From Vicugna vicugna (lineage: Eukaryota), in the NCBI GenBank assembly GCA_013265495.1, contig MU058790.1, positions 1 to 64,000 of the forward strand: a stretch of DNA of 64,000 nt, in the 5' to 3' direction. Shown in pieces: positions 13,551-27,184 of the stretch. Within the stretch, counting starts at the first letter, position 1, and each line of letters starts with the position of its first letter. A program made the translations under genes and the position numbers. The notes under the pieces are model-generated. The model was not told the origin of the DNA, ran no database searches, and saw only the letters and a program-made list of their open reading frames with translations.

Positions 13551-13747
13551 ATACCCTGAAGACCTGCTTTTCTACGAAGAAGGCTAAGTGCACCACAAAA
13601 ATGTCATTAGCCAGGTCTCATTCTTGGATATCATTTTTATCCTCTTGTGTCAGAAAAATTATATTTACAATAAGAACAGGTATTCCTCATTCTATATTTC
13701 TATGTTCAAAGAGAGTGTTCTGAGCAGTGGGGACAATGTTTTCTTAT

Positions 13748-13905
13748 ACCTTGGTTCTCAACCTTGGCTCCCCATTAATCACCTGAAGGCTTTAGAAAAT
13801 TCTGAAGTCAGGCTACACCCCAGGCAAATTAAGTGGTAGTATGTGGGAGTGCGACCTGTGGATCAGGGTTTTTCTAAATTTCCCCCAAGTGATTACAATG
13901 TACTT
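13748..13905. mobile_element. MER5A-like DNA transposon remnant
   Basis: TGGTTCTCAACCTTGGCT...AATCACCTG...TTCCCCCAAGTGATTACAATGT. Confidence 0.6.
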
Positions 13906-15289
13906 GGGAGCTCCAGCCTTCCAGAAATCTTGCTTTATAAGAAAGGCAAGTGTCTGGGGCTTGACAGCAGGTGGCTATTTTATCAGATATATGTGTCTGA
14001 AGGTAGCAGAGTCACTGACTCCCTTACACTGTGCTTAGATAGCCAAGTAAAATGTAGCTTTCCTTATTCCAGAATGGATCCAGGCTTCCTCATGAGTCCC
14101 CATCCGCATTTGGCACACATACAAAAAAACCTCAGACAAGGCAAAACCTTGCTAACCTGGTATCTTTATCTCTGCAAAACTGAATAGTTTCTCTAGAATA
14201 ACTGGCCATCTTAGATGTAAAATGCTCTTTCGGAACCCCTTCCCCGCCCTCCTCCTTTACTAAGATAATGGCACTCCAGTGTATGGGAGACACCGTGTGT
14301 GCGCCACCTCATGGCAGAGGGGCGGCTGGACCTTCCGGCCTGAGGCTGGTCCTGGGGCCAGGCCAGGCCAGTGTTAGCTCACAGCTGGGCCCTGCACCGT
14401 CTGCTGAGTCTGCGCCCTGGTCTGCAGCTGGTGGGGCCCGTCCTCTGCTTTCTTCTTGGGCCTTCCTCTGCTCACTGTGAGCTGCAGACCCCGGAGCCCG
14501 CGCCAGTCCCTCCTCCCGGCCCTGCACCTTGGCTGTTCCACAGAGGATACAGTGAAGGCTTTGGGCCTCGGCCTCTCGTCCCAACTCCCCTGGGCAAGGC
14601 TGGGCCTCTGGGACCCTGTGGTCACAGCAGAGGGCTAGTCCCTGCCCTTCTCTGTCTGACCTCTCCTCCTTGCTAACTCATGATTAGGTTGGGCCTAGGA
14701 CAGTGTCCCTCAGAGAGTCACCAATGGGAAGAGAAGCACAAGGCCCTAAACCATGGGCATGCTCTTAACTCATTCCATCTGTCTTCCCACGCTGAGGTCT
14801 GAGGGAGGGACTTCAGGACGCAGGGGGCCCCCTCCTCCCACAACCCCTCGCCCGAGGGCCCACCGCCCACTTCCTCTCCCTCACAGCCTGCCTTTCTCTG
14901 AGGCAGCAAGTCTGTCCCAGGTGACCCAGGCTGAAACAGTGTCCTCTCTGCTCTGCCAGAGCAATGTGACCTCAGCCCTCTAGGACTGGCTTTTGATGTG
15001 CTCAGTGAGAGCCAAAGAACTTAGACACCAGTCTTTTCTCACAGCCAAGTCTGGCTTTCAAGATCCTGGCTTCAACTCAAAACATCTTCTTTTTGCCAAC
15101 CTCCAGTGGAAACACTATCCTCTTCTCTTAGATTCTACCCTAAATCACATCCCTCCATTCCCTCATCCCTGGCCGATGCTGCCTCAGGATGACTAGGGAC
15201 AGGGCCAGCCACATGGAAATGCAAAAGACAAAAGCCCAGTAATGTGCATTTTAAGATATGATTATTACTCTTATTATAATTATGTAGGA

Positions 15290-15475
15290 CCAGTTTAGTG
15301 AGGGCCAGACCCTGTTGGGTGCTTTCCCTGAATTAAGTCATCTAATCCTGATTATAATCTAATGAGCAAACAGGCACAGAGAGGTTAAGTAACTTGCCCA
15401 AAGTCACACAGCTGTCAAGGTCAACCAGGAATTTGGATCTAGACCAGCTCCAGAGTCTATATTCCTAACCTCTTC
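15290..15475 (-). mobile_element. MIR SINE
   Basis: GGCACAGAGAGGTTAAGTAACTTGCCCAAAGTCACACAGC core. Confidence 0.75.
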
Positions 15476-16189
15476 CCTCCCTTCATGAGGCCCCTCCCCT
15501 CTGCACACTCTCCACTTGTCTTCTAGAGAGACACAAAGATGAAGAGCTCCAAGAAAACATTCTTTTGACATGAGAGGTCTAGGATATCTCGCTACCAAAA
15601 TGCTTTTTGGAAGGGGTTGGAGTACAATATTTAAAAAGTAAATATATGTGCAGGAAGACATTTCAGTTGGGCTTATTATCAATCATTAAAGCTCCCTGTC
15701 CCAACAGTATTTAATCTGTCTCTGTGGCGTCCAAGTCCTTGCTTCAGGCTCTTTTGAATTCTGGACATTAACCTAGTGTGACTTATTGTAAAGTGCTCTT
15801 AGCCTCACTCATTACTGCCTCCTAATTCCTTTTGTCTATCAGCTATTCCTGCACAATTTGCATGTTCTGATGTGATTATATATTGCTTTCTGATTGCATC
15901 CTACACGTATATTCTGTTTCCCCGACTTGTCTGTGAGCTCCCTGAGGATGGGGACTATATTCTCTATCAGATTCACAGCCCCCACAGTGCTAGCACAGCA
16001 GGGAGCACAGAGAAGGGGCCCAGTAAAGATTTGTGGATTGATTCACTTGGGGAAAAGTTAATTATCTCTCCCTGCTTACTCTTCAAATCTTTGAAACTTA
16101 AACTTAACCTCTGGCTTCCTTTATATTTCAGATATATGCACTGGCCTGTGTACTAAACTGCCTGGGCAGAAATTTTGGCACTGCCTGTT

Positions 16190-16372
16190 CCTTGCTGAGT
16201 GGCTTTGGGCTTGGTGCAGTCACCCTCGATGCCTCAGTTTCCACAAATGCAAAATGAGGGTGTCATTGCACTATCTTATAAGGTTGGTGTAAGGAGTAAA
16301 TGAGATAAAACACATTAACCAGTTAGACTAGCTCCTGGCACATTGTAAACATTCAATAGATGTCAGCTATAA
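16190..16372 (+). mobile_element. MIR SINE
   Basis: GCCTCAGTTTCC...AAAATGAGG...AAATGAGATAA...CCTGGCACATTGTAAACATTCAATA. Confidence 0.7.
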
Positions 16373-16576
16373 AAAAAAATGGATGCATGTTCCTCGTTTA
16401 CCTTATAATCTCACTTCTACTGCCATCTAGTTTCTATACCCCAAGCACACAGTTACATGCACATGACAAAACATGATATTTTAAATATTTAAAATTTTCT
16501 ATCCATTCCCCCACATCCTCACATTTTTCAAATACTGTGTGATTTTCAAACTAACCCCTCAACGGTCACATTGTTT

Positions 16577-16595
16577 TGGCCACCAGGTGGCGGTG
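16577..16595 (+). promoter_or_regulatory. Candidate CTCF site
   Basis: TGGCCACCAGGTGGCGGTG closely matches the CTCF core consensus TGGCCACCAG(G/A)(G/T)GGCG. Confidence 0.65.
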
Positions 16596-18604
16596 TTTGT
16601 TCAGCCAGGTACTGAGTGTTGGAAGTTGCCACACACTGGGGCTGGCTGGGGATGAACTTAGGATGCTGTTTCAGAATTTGCACAGGTTCTAATTTTCTCC
16701 CTTCCATGCACTTTCCTTGTCCTATGACTGGCTGTTTCTTTCCTTCTGCTTCTTTTCCCCTCTGCTGCCTGACCCGCCTCCATGATACATCTGACCGCCT
16801 CCTCAAATAGGCGCCTTGTAGACTGTGGACTTGCAGAAATATGGTTGAGGTTTCCATACCCTCCAGCAAGGTGCTGACCAGAAACGATGTTTTTTAAAAA
16901 AAAGCCACCTGGAACATCCTGGAAGACTAAAGGTTAAATCACTAAAGGGGCAGGAGAGGTAAATGCCCAGCTGGTCTCCCCCCATCCAGTCTCTCCACTC
17001 CTCTGCACTCCAAGCCCAGGGCAGGGTCCTGGTGACCAATCCTGACATTTGGTTGCCACCCTGACATTCTCCATGGCTTTAGACCCCTTCCCAGCACAGC
17101 TCTCCTTGAAGTTTCTGGTAACCAAACCCGTGTTTGCCGTCCCAGGTAGAGCGAGTGTCTGGGTCCGAGCATCTGGGTCCGAGCTATACCTGCACTGAGC
17201 TGCCTCCCAGAGCCACTGCCCAGGCCTCCACACCATTTCCTCTGCCGCAATATGACAACAGCAAGGCATTAGTAAGGGCAGCCACGGTCAGTGAGCCCGT
17301 TCTATGAGCCGGGCCTCAGTGATTCACAGACGCCATCTCACTTCACCTCCAGAACAGGGCTGAGCAGGAGCAGTTACACCTGTGGAAGCCATGGGTGAGG
17401 ATAAACAACTGGTCAAAGTCATGCAGCCCCGAAGTGGAAGAGCTGGGTTGAGTCCAGACCACTGGCTTGAAAAGCCCGCTCCTCCCCTCCCACTCCCTTG
17501 CGGTCCCCTGGGACATCCTATGCTCTTGCTTCAGCAGCTCAGAGTGGAACAAGGCCACCGCTCTCACACCCACCCCACACCCACAATTCCCAGATGTCCC
17601 TCCCCGTCACCACCCACAGCTTACACCTCTGCAGCAAACAGACTGGGCAACTTGACCTGCCGCTCTGGAAAGACTGTGGCCCTTCACTCTGGGGTCCCAC
17701 CTCCAGCAAGCTGGGAAAGAGCCCCTGTGATACCCAGACGGACCGGGCAGCCCCATGACAGTGGTAGCTAGGTACATGATGAGAGAGGTGACAGTCACTA
17801 TCTGCAGTGCTGGAGAAAGCCGGTGAACTGGGGAATGAGGGAAACACGAAGGGAGGCCTACAAGGAGGCCTGTCCTCTGCCTCTGAGCTGAGGTTTGGCC
17901 TCTCCGGGTTATGAGGAATTCCTCCACACCCTGCGGAGGGGTCAGCTCCTACATGGAGAGATTCTCCTGTGAGGTGAGGGCAGGGGTCGGCGTTTCCAGG
18001 GCCCAGGTGGGACACGTTGACAAACCATTTCTGGGCCATGAGGCTTCCTATAAGACACGCCTGGATTCTGTCTGAGGGCGCTGGGGACGGACTCCCCATT
18101 CCTGCTGCTTCAGTTGTGTGCGGCCCTCGCATCCCCATTGTGGTGAAGAGAGGAAGGGGCAGATTGCCCTGACGGTTTTGGTTCATTGCACGGTTGATTT
18201 TGTTGGCCTGAGAAATGGGTAGTCATGGAAACCAGAAGGCTTATTCTGGAAGGGCCCTACTAGCCTTGTGTTTCCATCTTACGTAATGCAGTTTCCAGAA
18301 TTCTTCCCCCTGTTGTGTAAACCATGAATGGATCCCAAAATCAATTTAGTGGATCACAACCAGAATTTTTTTGAAAAAGGAAATAGAATTGAATACAAAG
18401 GAAAATATCAGAGTGCCTTACACATATCAAGTCAGTTATTCTTTGGGGGCATTTTTATTTCAGTTCTATACATTTATGAGTGCAGTGGGTCACAGTATAA
18501 AATGTATTCTTATTGGAGCTGTGGTCCCAAATGTTTATAAACTGCTGCTAACCTGAGTCTCACCTTGACAGAAGGGAAAAGCTTGCTTTTATTTTTTTCA
18601 AGAA

Positions 18605-19045
18605 GAAAAACATTTCTAGTAGTCAAAAACTGGACACAACCTAAATAGTCATCAAAGGTAGAAGAGATAAATAAATTGTGGCATAATTACCTGATGGGAA
18701 TATTATATATATGGCAAAGAAGGTGAATGAACTATAGCTGTATATAGTAACATGGATGAATTGTATTAACATTGTGCAGAACATAAGAAGCAAGATGAAA
18801 AAGAACACATACTTTATGATTTAGCTTATATAAAATTTTTAAAAGGAAAAACTAAAATCTATAGTTTAGGGATATATCCATAGGTGGTAAAAGATATAAA
18901 GGAAAGTGACCATATACATGAAGTCAGGGATATGGTTACCCGAGAAGGGAAGGGGGTTTCTTAACCCTGCTGATGCTTACCTGGGAATTCAGTTTAACAT
19001 TATTAGTTAAATTATAATGTCTATGTTATATGCATTTCTAGGTAT
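18605..19045 (+). mobile_element. Old L1 (L1M-type) 3' fragment
   Basis: AAACTGGACACAACCTAAAT...GATAAATAAATTGTGG...CATGGATGAA...TATAGTTTAGGGAT. Confidence 0.6.
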
Positions 19046-19059
19046 TCATCATTCATAGC

Positions 19060-19214
19060 TTTTTATTTTTTTAGGTTTTTTTGGGGGGTGGGGGTGGGGG
19101 TGGGAGATAATCAGGTTTATTTATTTATTTATTTTTAGAGGAGCACTGGAGATTGAACCCAGAACCTCAAGAATGCTAAGCCTGCACTCTACCACTTGAG
19201 CTATACTCTCCCCC
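19060..19214 (-). mobile_element. tRNA-Ala-derived SINE, long-tail form
   Basis: Reverse strand reads GGGGGAGAGTATAGCTCAAGTGGTAGAG...GGGTTCAATCTCCAG, with an AAACCTGATTATCTCCC tail; flanking TTCATCATT repeats at 19045-19053 and 19216-19224. Confidence 0.88.
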
Positions 19215-19382
19215 GTTCATCATTTTAAAAAAGATTGTAAAAGTACAGTGATCAAATTTGTACCTTTCAGTCTACATTTTTATTAGTTACTGGTTTTAAT
19301 CACTTGCTGTAAAACATCTTGTCAGTGAAACACTCGCAGAAGGAATTATAAATTAAATTATGTCGGGGCTTGTTAGTTCTAG

Positions 19383-19593
19383 ACCAACACCGTCCAATAG
19401 AAATTTCAGTGATAAAAGAAGTGCTGTATATCTGTGCGGTGCAATAGGGACTGCACTAGCCACTTGTGGCGATTGAGCATTTGAGATACTGCTAGTGTGA
19501 CTGAGAAATTCAATTTTATATTTTATTTAAATTTAATTATTCAAATCTACAAAGCCACATGTGCCTAGTGGCTACCATATTGGATAATACCAG
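19383..19593. mobile_element. MER3-like hAT-Charlie MITE
   Basis: GTCCAATAGAAATT...CACTAGCCACTTGTGGC...GCCACATGTGCCTAGTGGCTACCATATTGGA, with palindromic organisation. Confidence 0.75.
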
Positions 19594-20435
19594 TTGAGGC
19601 CAATTTGCTTGGTATAACGAAATGTACTAATGCTTTGTTTTTAGACCAGCCTAAATTTGAATCCTATCTCTGTTACTACCACCATGAGACTTTAGGCAGA
19701 ATACTTGATTTTTCTGATCCTCAACATATCCATCTGTATAATGGGGATATGACGAGATACTTCTTAATCTTGATGTGAGTACTGTATTAAATTAATGAAT
19801 GCAGACCACCTGTCACAGACTCTGCCAGCAGTTGACGCTGAAGAAACGTTGGTTTCCTTCCCATACCTATGTGGCCATCTTGGAATTGTGGGAGCTCCAA
19901 ATAAGGGCTGGATGAGAGAATTCAGATGACTTGGTGCAATCTACACCACATCTCTATTGTCAGTTGCAAAGATCTGTCTTCAGGGCAGCAGCACCATCAT
20001 TGCAATTCTTTAGCAGAACTTCTTTTATAGCTCAAACTCCAAAGAAACAGTTATGTCGATGTTTCCAAGAAGAAACACATATCCAAACACCAGCCCACCT
20101 CTTAGATATAGAAAAAGACCACCTACCCACACCAAATTTTGTTTGCTTTTGCCTAGTTTTGTTTCTTAGATTCAACAAGTGTATACATTTTATTGTTAGG
20201 GAGCAGGATGCATTATTTATTTCTTCCCTCAGTGAGTAATTCTTCAGCATTTTTCCTTTTTGGTATGAATATTATATTGTATTATTATATTATATATTAT
20301 TATTCATGTTACTAAAACTTAATTTATGTTCTCAACATGTTTTTTTACTTCTGTGTGTTTCTAACGTGTCTTAATATGTAACCAGAAACCTTGACGAATT
20401 TGCAGTGTTTGAAAAATGGAATTCTCATTTACAAC

Positions 20436-20828
20436 TGATACAGGCTGAATTATGTCTCCCTCACCTCCAAATTCATGTGTTGAAGTCCTAACCCCCAGCA
20501 CCTCAGAATTTGACTGTATTTGGAGATAGGGTCTTTAAAGACGCAATTAAATTAAAATGAGGTCCTGAGGGTTGGTCTTATTCTAATATGGTTGATGTCC
20601 TTCTGAGAAGAGATTAGGACACAGGCAACACACAGAGGAAAGACCATGTGAAGGCAAAGGGAAAATGACCATCTACAAACCAAGGAGAGAGGCTTCAGAA
20701 TGAAACCAGTCCTGCTGACACTCTGATCTTGGACTTCTAGCCTCCAGAACTGTGAGACAATAAATTCGTGTTGTTGAAGCCACCTGGTCTATAGTACCTC
20801 ATTATGGCAGCTCGAGCAAATTTATACA
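20436..20828 (+). mobile_element. MaLR solo LTR (MLT1A/B-like)
   Basis: TG..GGCTGAATTATGTCTCCC...TTTGGAGATAGGGTCTTTAAAG...GACTTCTAGCCTCCAGAACTGTGAGACAATAAAT...ATACA. Confidence 0.85.
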
Positions 20829-21075
20829 ACTTTCCTCTCATGAGGTTTCTCAGTTTATATATATCTGGCCAGATATTTTTTATCAGCTACCCGGACTCAA
20901 ATGCTGCAGTTTATATTAAAATGTGCTGGTGGTTGAAATCAATTGCACACTTCTGTGTGAGCCAATAACGTGAGGCAAGTCTTTAAAAGGGTAGCACAAT
21001 CGGTCTGAGATTGCACCATAGATATGCTATCTCCAAAACATGGGAAGTCAAGATCCCCCCTCCTTTTTTCCCCTT

Positions 21076-23131
<2,056 letters not shown>

Positions 23132-23229
23132 TTTCCCCTTCACTCTTGACCCATCTGACCACACTTAGAACATTTTTCTCTTCTTTTTACCCCATTTTAA
23201 AAGGGGGGTAGAACTCATGCATTGTGCAC

Positions 23230-23412
23230 CTACTATGTATCAAGCACTGGACTATGTGCATTGTGTACCCTTCATCTTCCCACCAACCCAAGGAGATGGG
23301 TATTAATACCTCTCTTCCATTATACAGGTGAGGAAGCTGAGACTAAGAGAGGTTAAATAGATTGTCTGTCCAAGGTCATATATCTGATAAATGGAGGGTC
23401 AAGATTCAAACA
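23230..23412 (-). mobile_element. MIR SINE
   Basis: CACCTACTATGTATCAAGCACTG...ACAGGTGAGGAAGCTGAGACTAAGAGAGGTTAA...CCAAGGTCA. Confidence 0.75.
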
Positions 23413-23519
23413 AATTCTATGTAATTTCATTAAATCCCTTTGCAATGAGAGGAGGGCCTTCATTCTGTGTGACTTCAGTGGATCAGAACCTTGCCTAACT
23501 ATTCTTTTGGCTTCTCATT

Positions 23520-25200
23520 CAGAAATCTTCCCGTCCCTCCATTTTAGCCACTCACCCCCATAGCCACACTCTGGACCTGATCATCTGTCAGAAGTGCACT
23601 GTATTTAAAATCTCCATCTCAGACCTGCCCCTCGGAACACTACCTCCTCTCTCTCCCTCATTCATTCACGCCCAGGATGACTGTCCTTCAGCCTCATCAA
23701 GACCTTTGGTTTCTTTTCGATGCTTTGGCTTTGCTTCCCTCTGAAGTTTACTTCTTGGAGTTATATGCATCTTAGACTCTGCTGTCCATCACTTCCACTT
23801 GCACATGTCCTCGGTTCCTTCACACACTGTCCTTCTGTACCCTCTGCCAGCAAAACCCAACCCCGATCACCTCAACTGCCTTCTTCCTCTACACTTGCAT
23901 GTGAGTTAGTAATGAAAGCTATGTCAATTACCCACAGATTCATACCACTATCAGTTTATGATCTCAGACTCAACTGCATTCTTAGCTCTCTGGAAATCAT
24001 TTTGACTTCTACAGTCAAGCCCCACTTCTCAAAAGCAGACACAAAACCTGAAAACTTTCTTAATTTTCCTGAAACCTCCACCTACCACTTCATTTTCAAC
24101 AGAAGACCTTTCCTGCTCTTTCACAAAGGAAATGGAAATCACAAAGAGGAAGTCCCTCAGCCTCCCGCCACCAGCCCTCCAGACCCTCCTGCATCTGCAC
24201 TCTCCTGCCCTCCTTCTACAGAGAAGAGACCCCTCCTCCTGTCAAGGGCTCCTTCCACTTTCTTCCTTCCAAGGGCTCAGGAACCTTGCTCTATCAAAGA
24301 GTGTCCATATGTAGCTTCCCCCTTCGCCCTACCTCTTCTCACCAACATTTACAAACTCCTATTTTAAAACAAAACGAAACCAAATCTGTCTGCTGTTTCC
24401 ACATGCCTTCTTGGTTCCAGCCGTGCTCCCTCGTCCCTGTCACAGGCAGCCATTTTGAGGTGACTCACCTCCCTCACCTCAACCTGTCACCATCTAGCTC
24501 CCTTCCTTGCTGTCCACTGAAACCTCTTACTGAGGTCCCTCATGGCTGCCTTATTGCTGAATCCAGGGTCACTTATTAGTCTGTGTCACACCAAACTCTT
24601 GGCATCAAATGGCTGGTGCCTGAGACTCCAGTGGCTGCCGAGCCCCATAGCTGCAGATGTGGCCTCTCTTCTCCAACTGCCTTTCCTCTTGTCAGTTTCA
24701 GATGCCTCCTCTTCTGCTGTCCTTCCAAGCAAGGTCTCCAAGGAGCATCTGGCATGGGGCCTCCTCCTTACTCCTGCACTCCCCCAGGACTTTTTTTTCC
24801 CCTAACCTTCTACATGTTGATGCCATCCACACCTGTGTCCGCAGTCAGACCGCGCTCATGAACTCCACATTTGTACATCCAACTAACCAGCCAACACCTC
24901 CCCTTGGAGATCTTGTCTCCCCTTCCCAACCCACCTAAACTCAGTCCTGTGTAAAACTGAATTCATTACCTTCTCCACACAATGGTTTTCTTCCTGGCGT
25001 TTTTCTCCAGGAGATGGTGTTTCCATTAACCCAGCTCTCCCAGCCAGAAACCTGAGGTCAGCCATGACTCTTTCCTGTCCCTCAGCCTCATCCAACTAAG
25101 TCTTCAGTCAACAAATCCTGGCAGTGTGACTTCTGAATCCTTCTGTTTCTGTCCCTTGCTGTCCTTTCTAGTCTAGTCTAGTTTAATTCACATCACTGCC
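23520..25200 (+). mobile_element. L2 (CR1-clade) LINE remnant
   Basis: CACACTCTGGACCTGATCATC (23565-23585) translates to HTLDLII, a CR1/L2 endonuclease motif; long C/T-rich degenerate body; 3' AAAACTGAATTCATTACCTTC..CCAGAAACCTGAGG. Confidence 0.7.
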
Positions 25201-26019
25201 ATCTCTCACAGTGGTGGCCTTGTGTATATTTGCTGCACTGCTTGAGAATATTCAATTTTGCTGTAAAAGGCAAGAGAGCAAATGGGAGGCATGGAACTCA
25301 GAAGGTGTGTTGGGCATGAATAAGTAATTTATTAACCTGGAAGATGCATAAAATAAGCCAAGTAAGAAGAGCATATTTGTGTGAACATGGAGAAGGGTGG
25401 AAAGACCAAAGATGCACGAATACTCTTGATATATATGATAAGTAAGCCTGAGGTACACGAGGCATACTGCTTTTATACCAGGCTCATGCAGCACTACAGA
25501 AGTCTTAATTCAGGCACTCATTTGGTAACACCCATTCTAGCCCCATGTGTCCTCTTTCTAAGAAACACAAAGAAATCCTTAGCTGTTCAGCAGACTTATT
25601 GACAAGCTAACACTGTGGCCAGGTACACTTGTCTCTGCATCTCTCAGAGGAAGTATGTGCCATTGATCCCAGGCCCTTTCTGTCTGTAGACCCCTGGTTC
25701 AGACCTCAACTCTGATGCGTGTAACCACACCATCAGCAGGGAAGGCTGTTGCGGCAGAGACAGAGAGACAGGATGTGTGCCCACTGCATGCTCCAGGATT
25801 CAGGAAGTGTAGTACTTCTGCTTATTTGCACCCTCTGTGCAGTGTATAAATCTACCCCATCTCTTCCCCTTTGCCGTTTGCTGTGTGTTGTAAAGTTTGC
25901 TGATAAAACTGTGTGATTCAAGCTTTTTCATGGGCAGTGCATCTTTGTTTTCTCTGACCTCTTATGTAGCTCACCTGGTCGTGTCCTTGGAGGCTACCAT
26001 TGCGTTAGAGTGATTTCCC

Positions 26020-26482
26020 ACATGACAGGTGGATTGCACTCATGGCCTCAATCCTTCACCCATCCCTATATGCACGGCCTTTGTCATGGGACTTTACAGC
26101 TCCTCCTCTCAAGGGGCAAAATGTATTTTCCTGCCCTTTGAAATTGAGCTCAGCCAAGTGGTGTGCTTTTCTCCATAGAATGTTAGCAGACATGATGTCA
26201 GCAGAGGCTTGAAAGAGACCTGGACTTTGGGCTTGCTCTGCTGCATGCCTTCCATCTATGGAAGAGGGGTGTGCCCAAGTTTGTCTACTGTTACCAAGAG
26301 GAGAGCAAAAACACAGGGTGTAGAGCCATGGCCAGCCAAACCCAGTGTAGATCAGCTGATAGTCCTAACTTGCCCAGCCTAGATGAGTCATCTATCAACT
26401 GATCCACACACTCGCTAAAATAATATTGGATGTTATTTCCAGCCACTGGGTTTGGGATATTTTCTTACACAGTAGTAGTCAA
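26020..26482 (+). mobile_element. MaLR (MLT1-type) LTR
   Basis: AGAATGTTAGCAGACATGATG...GCAGAGGCTTGAAA...AGCCACTGGGTTTGGG...CACAGTAGTAG. Confidence 0.55.
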
Positions 26483-26827
26483 TATATATACTCATCTGGA
26501 CAAATTCTGTAGCTTCCTGACTTTTGTTCCTGCCTACAGTGCTCCCTTCCAGTCCATTTCCTACCGAAGGCATAGTACTCTTGTCACACGTGGATTTGAC
26601 AATCTTATCCCCTTTCTTAAACCATCCAATGAATCTTTTCTTTATTTTTAGGATAAATTACAAAATCTGGCCCCTGCTTGTTTATCTAGCCAGCCTCATC
26701 TCTTGGCATTAGCCTCTTCTCTCTCTAAACTTTAAATACACTGAACTATTTGCAGATCCCTGACCGATGGAGACATTCTCTCTCGCCTCCAGGCCTGGGA
26801 ACAGGTTGTTTTCTCCACAGGACAGCA

Positions 26828-27165
26828 TGTATTAGTTTACTGGGGCTGCCATTACACAGTAGTACCACAAACCGAGTGGCTTAAAACAACAAAAATTAAT
26901 TGTATTCCAGTTCTGGAGGCCAGAATTCCTAAACCAAATTATCAGCAGGACCCAGGCTCCCTCTGAAACCAAGAGGGGAGAATGCTTCCTTGCCTCTTCC
27001 TAGCTTTTGGTACTTGCACAATTCTTGGCATCCCTTGACTTGCAGCTGCTGCACTTCAGTCTCTGCCTCTATCATCACATGATATTTTCCCCTCATGTCT
27101 TCACATCCTTTTCTTATAAGGACACAAGTCATATTGAATCAAGGACCCATTTTACCCCAGTATCT
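26828..27165 (-). mobile_element. MaLR (MLT1C/D-like) LTR, truncated by an L1
   Basis: TGTATTAGTTT..GGGCTGCC..TACCACAAAC..GTGGCTTAAAACAAC..CAGTTCTGGAGGCCAGAA..TCTTATAAGGACAC. Confidence 0.8.
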
Positions 27166-27184
27166 GTATCTTCCCCCCTCCCCA

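Noticed and set aside
14268..14983. Cluster of overlapping ORFs
   Set aside because: Expected from stop-codon scarcity in GC-rich DNA; no recognisable domain or splice structure.
17539..18186. 215-aa minus-strand ORF
   Set aside because: Pro/Ser/Gly-rich with no recognisable homology, in a GC-rich context.
19083..19104. G-quadruplex-like run
   Set aside because: It is the expanded C-rich tail of a SINE; no evidence of function.
23720..24367. 215-aa plus-strand ORF
   Set aside because: Lies inside a decayed L2; low-complexity Pro/Ser/Leu translation.
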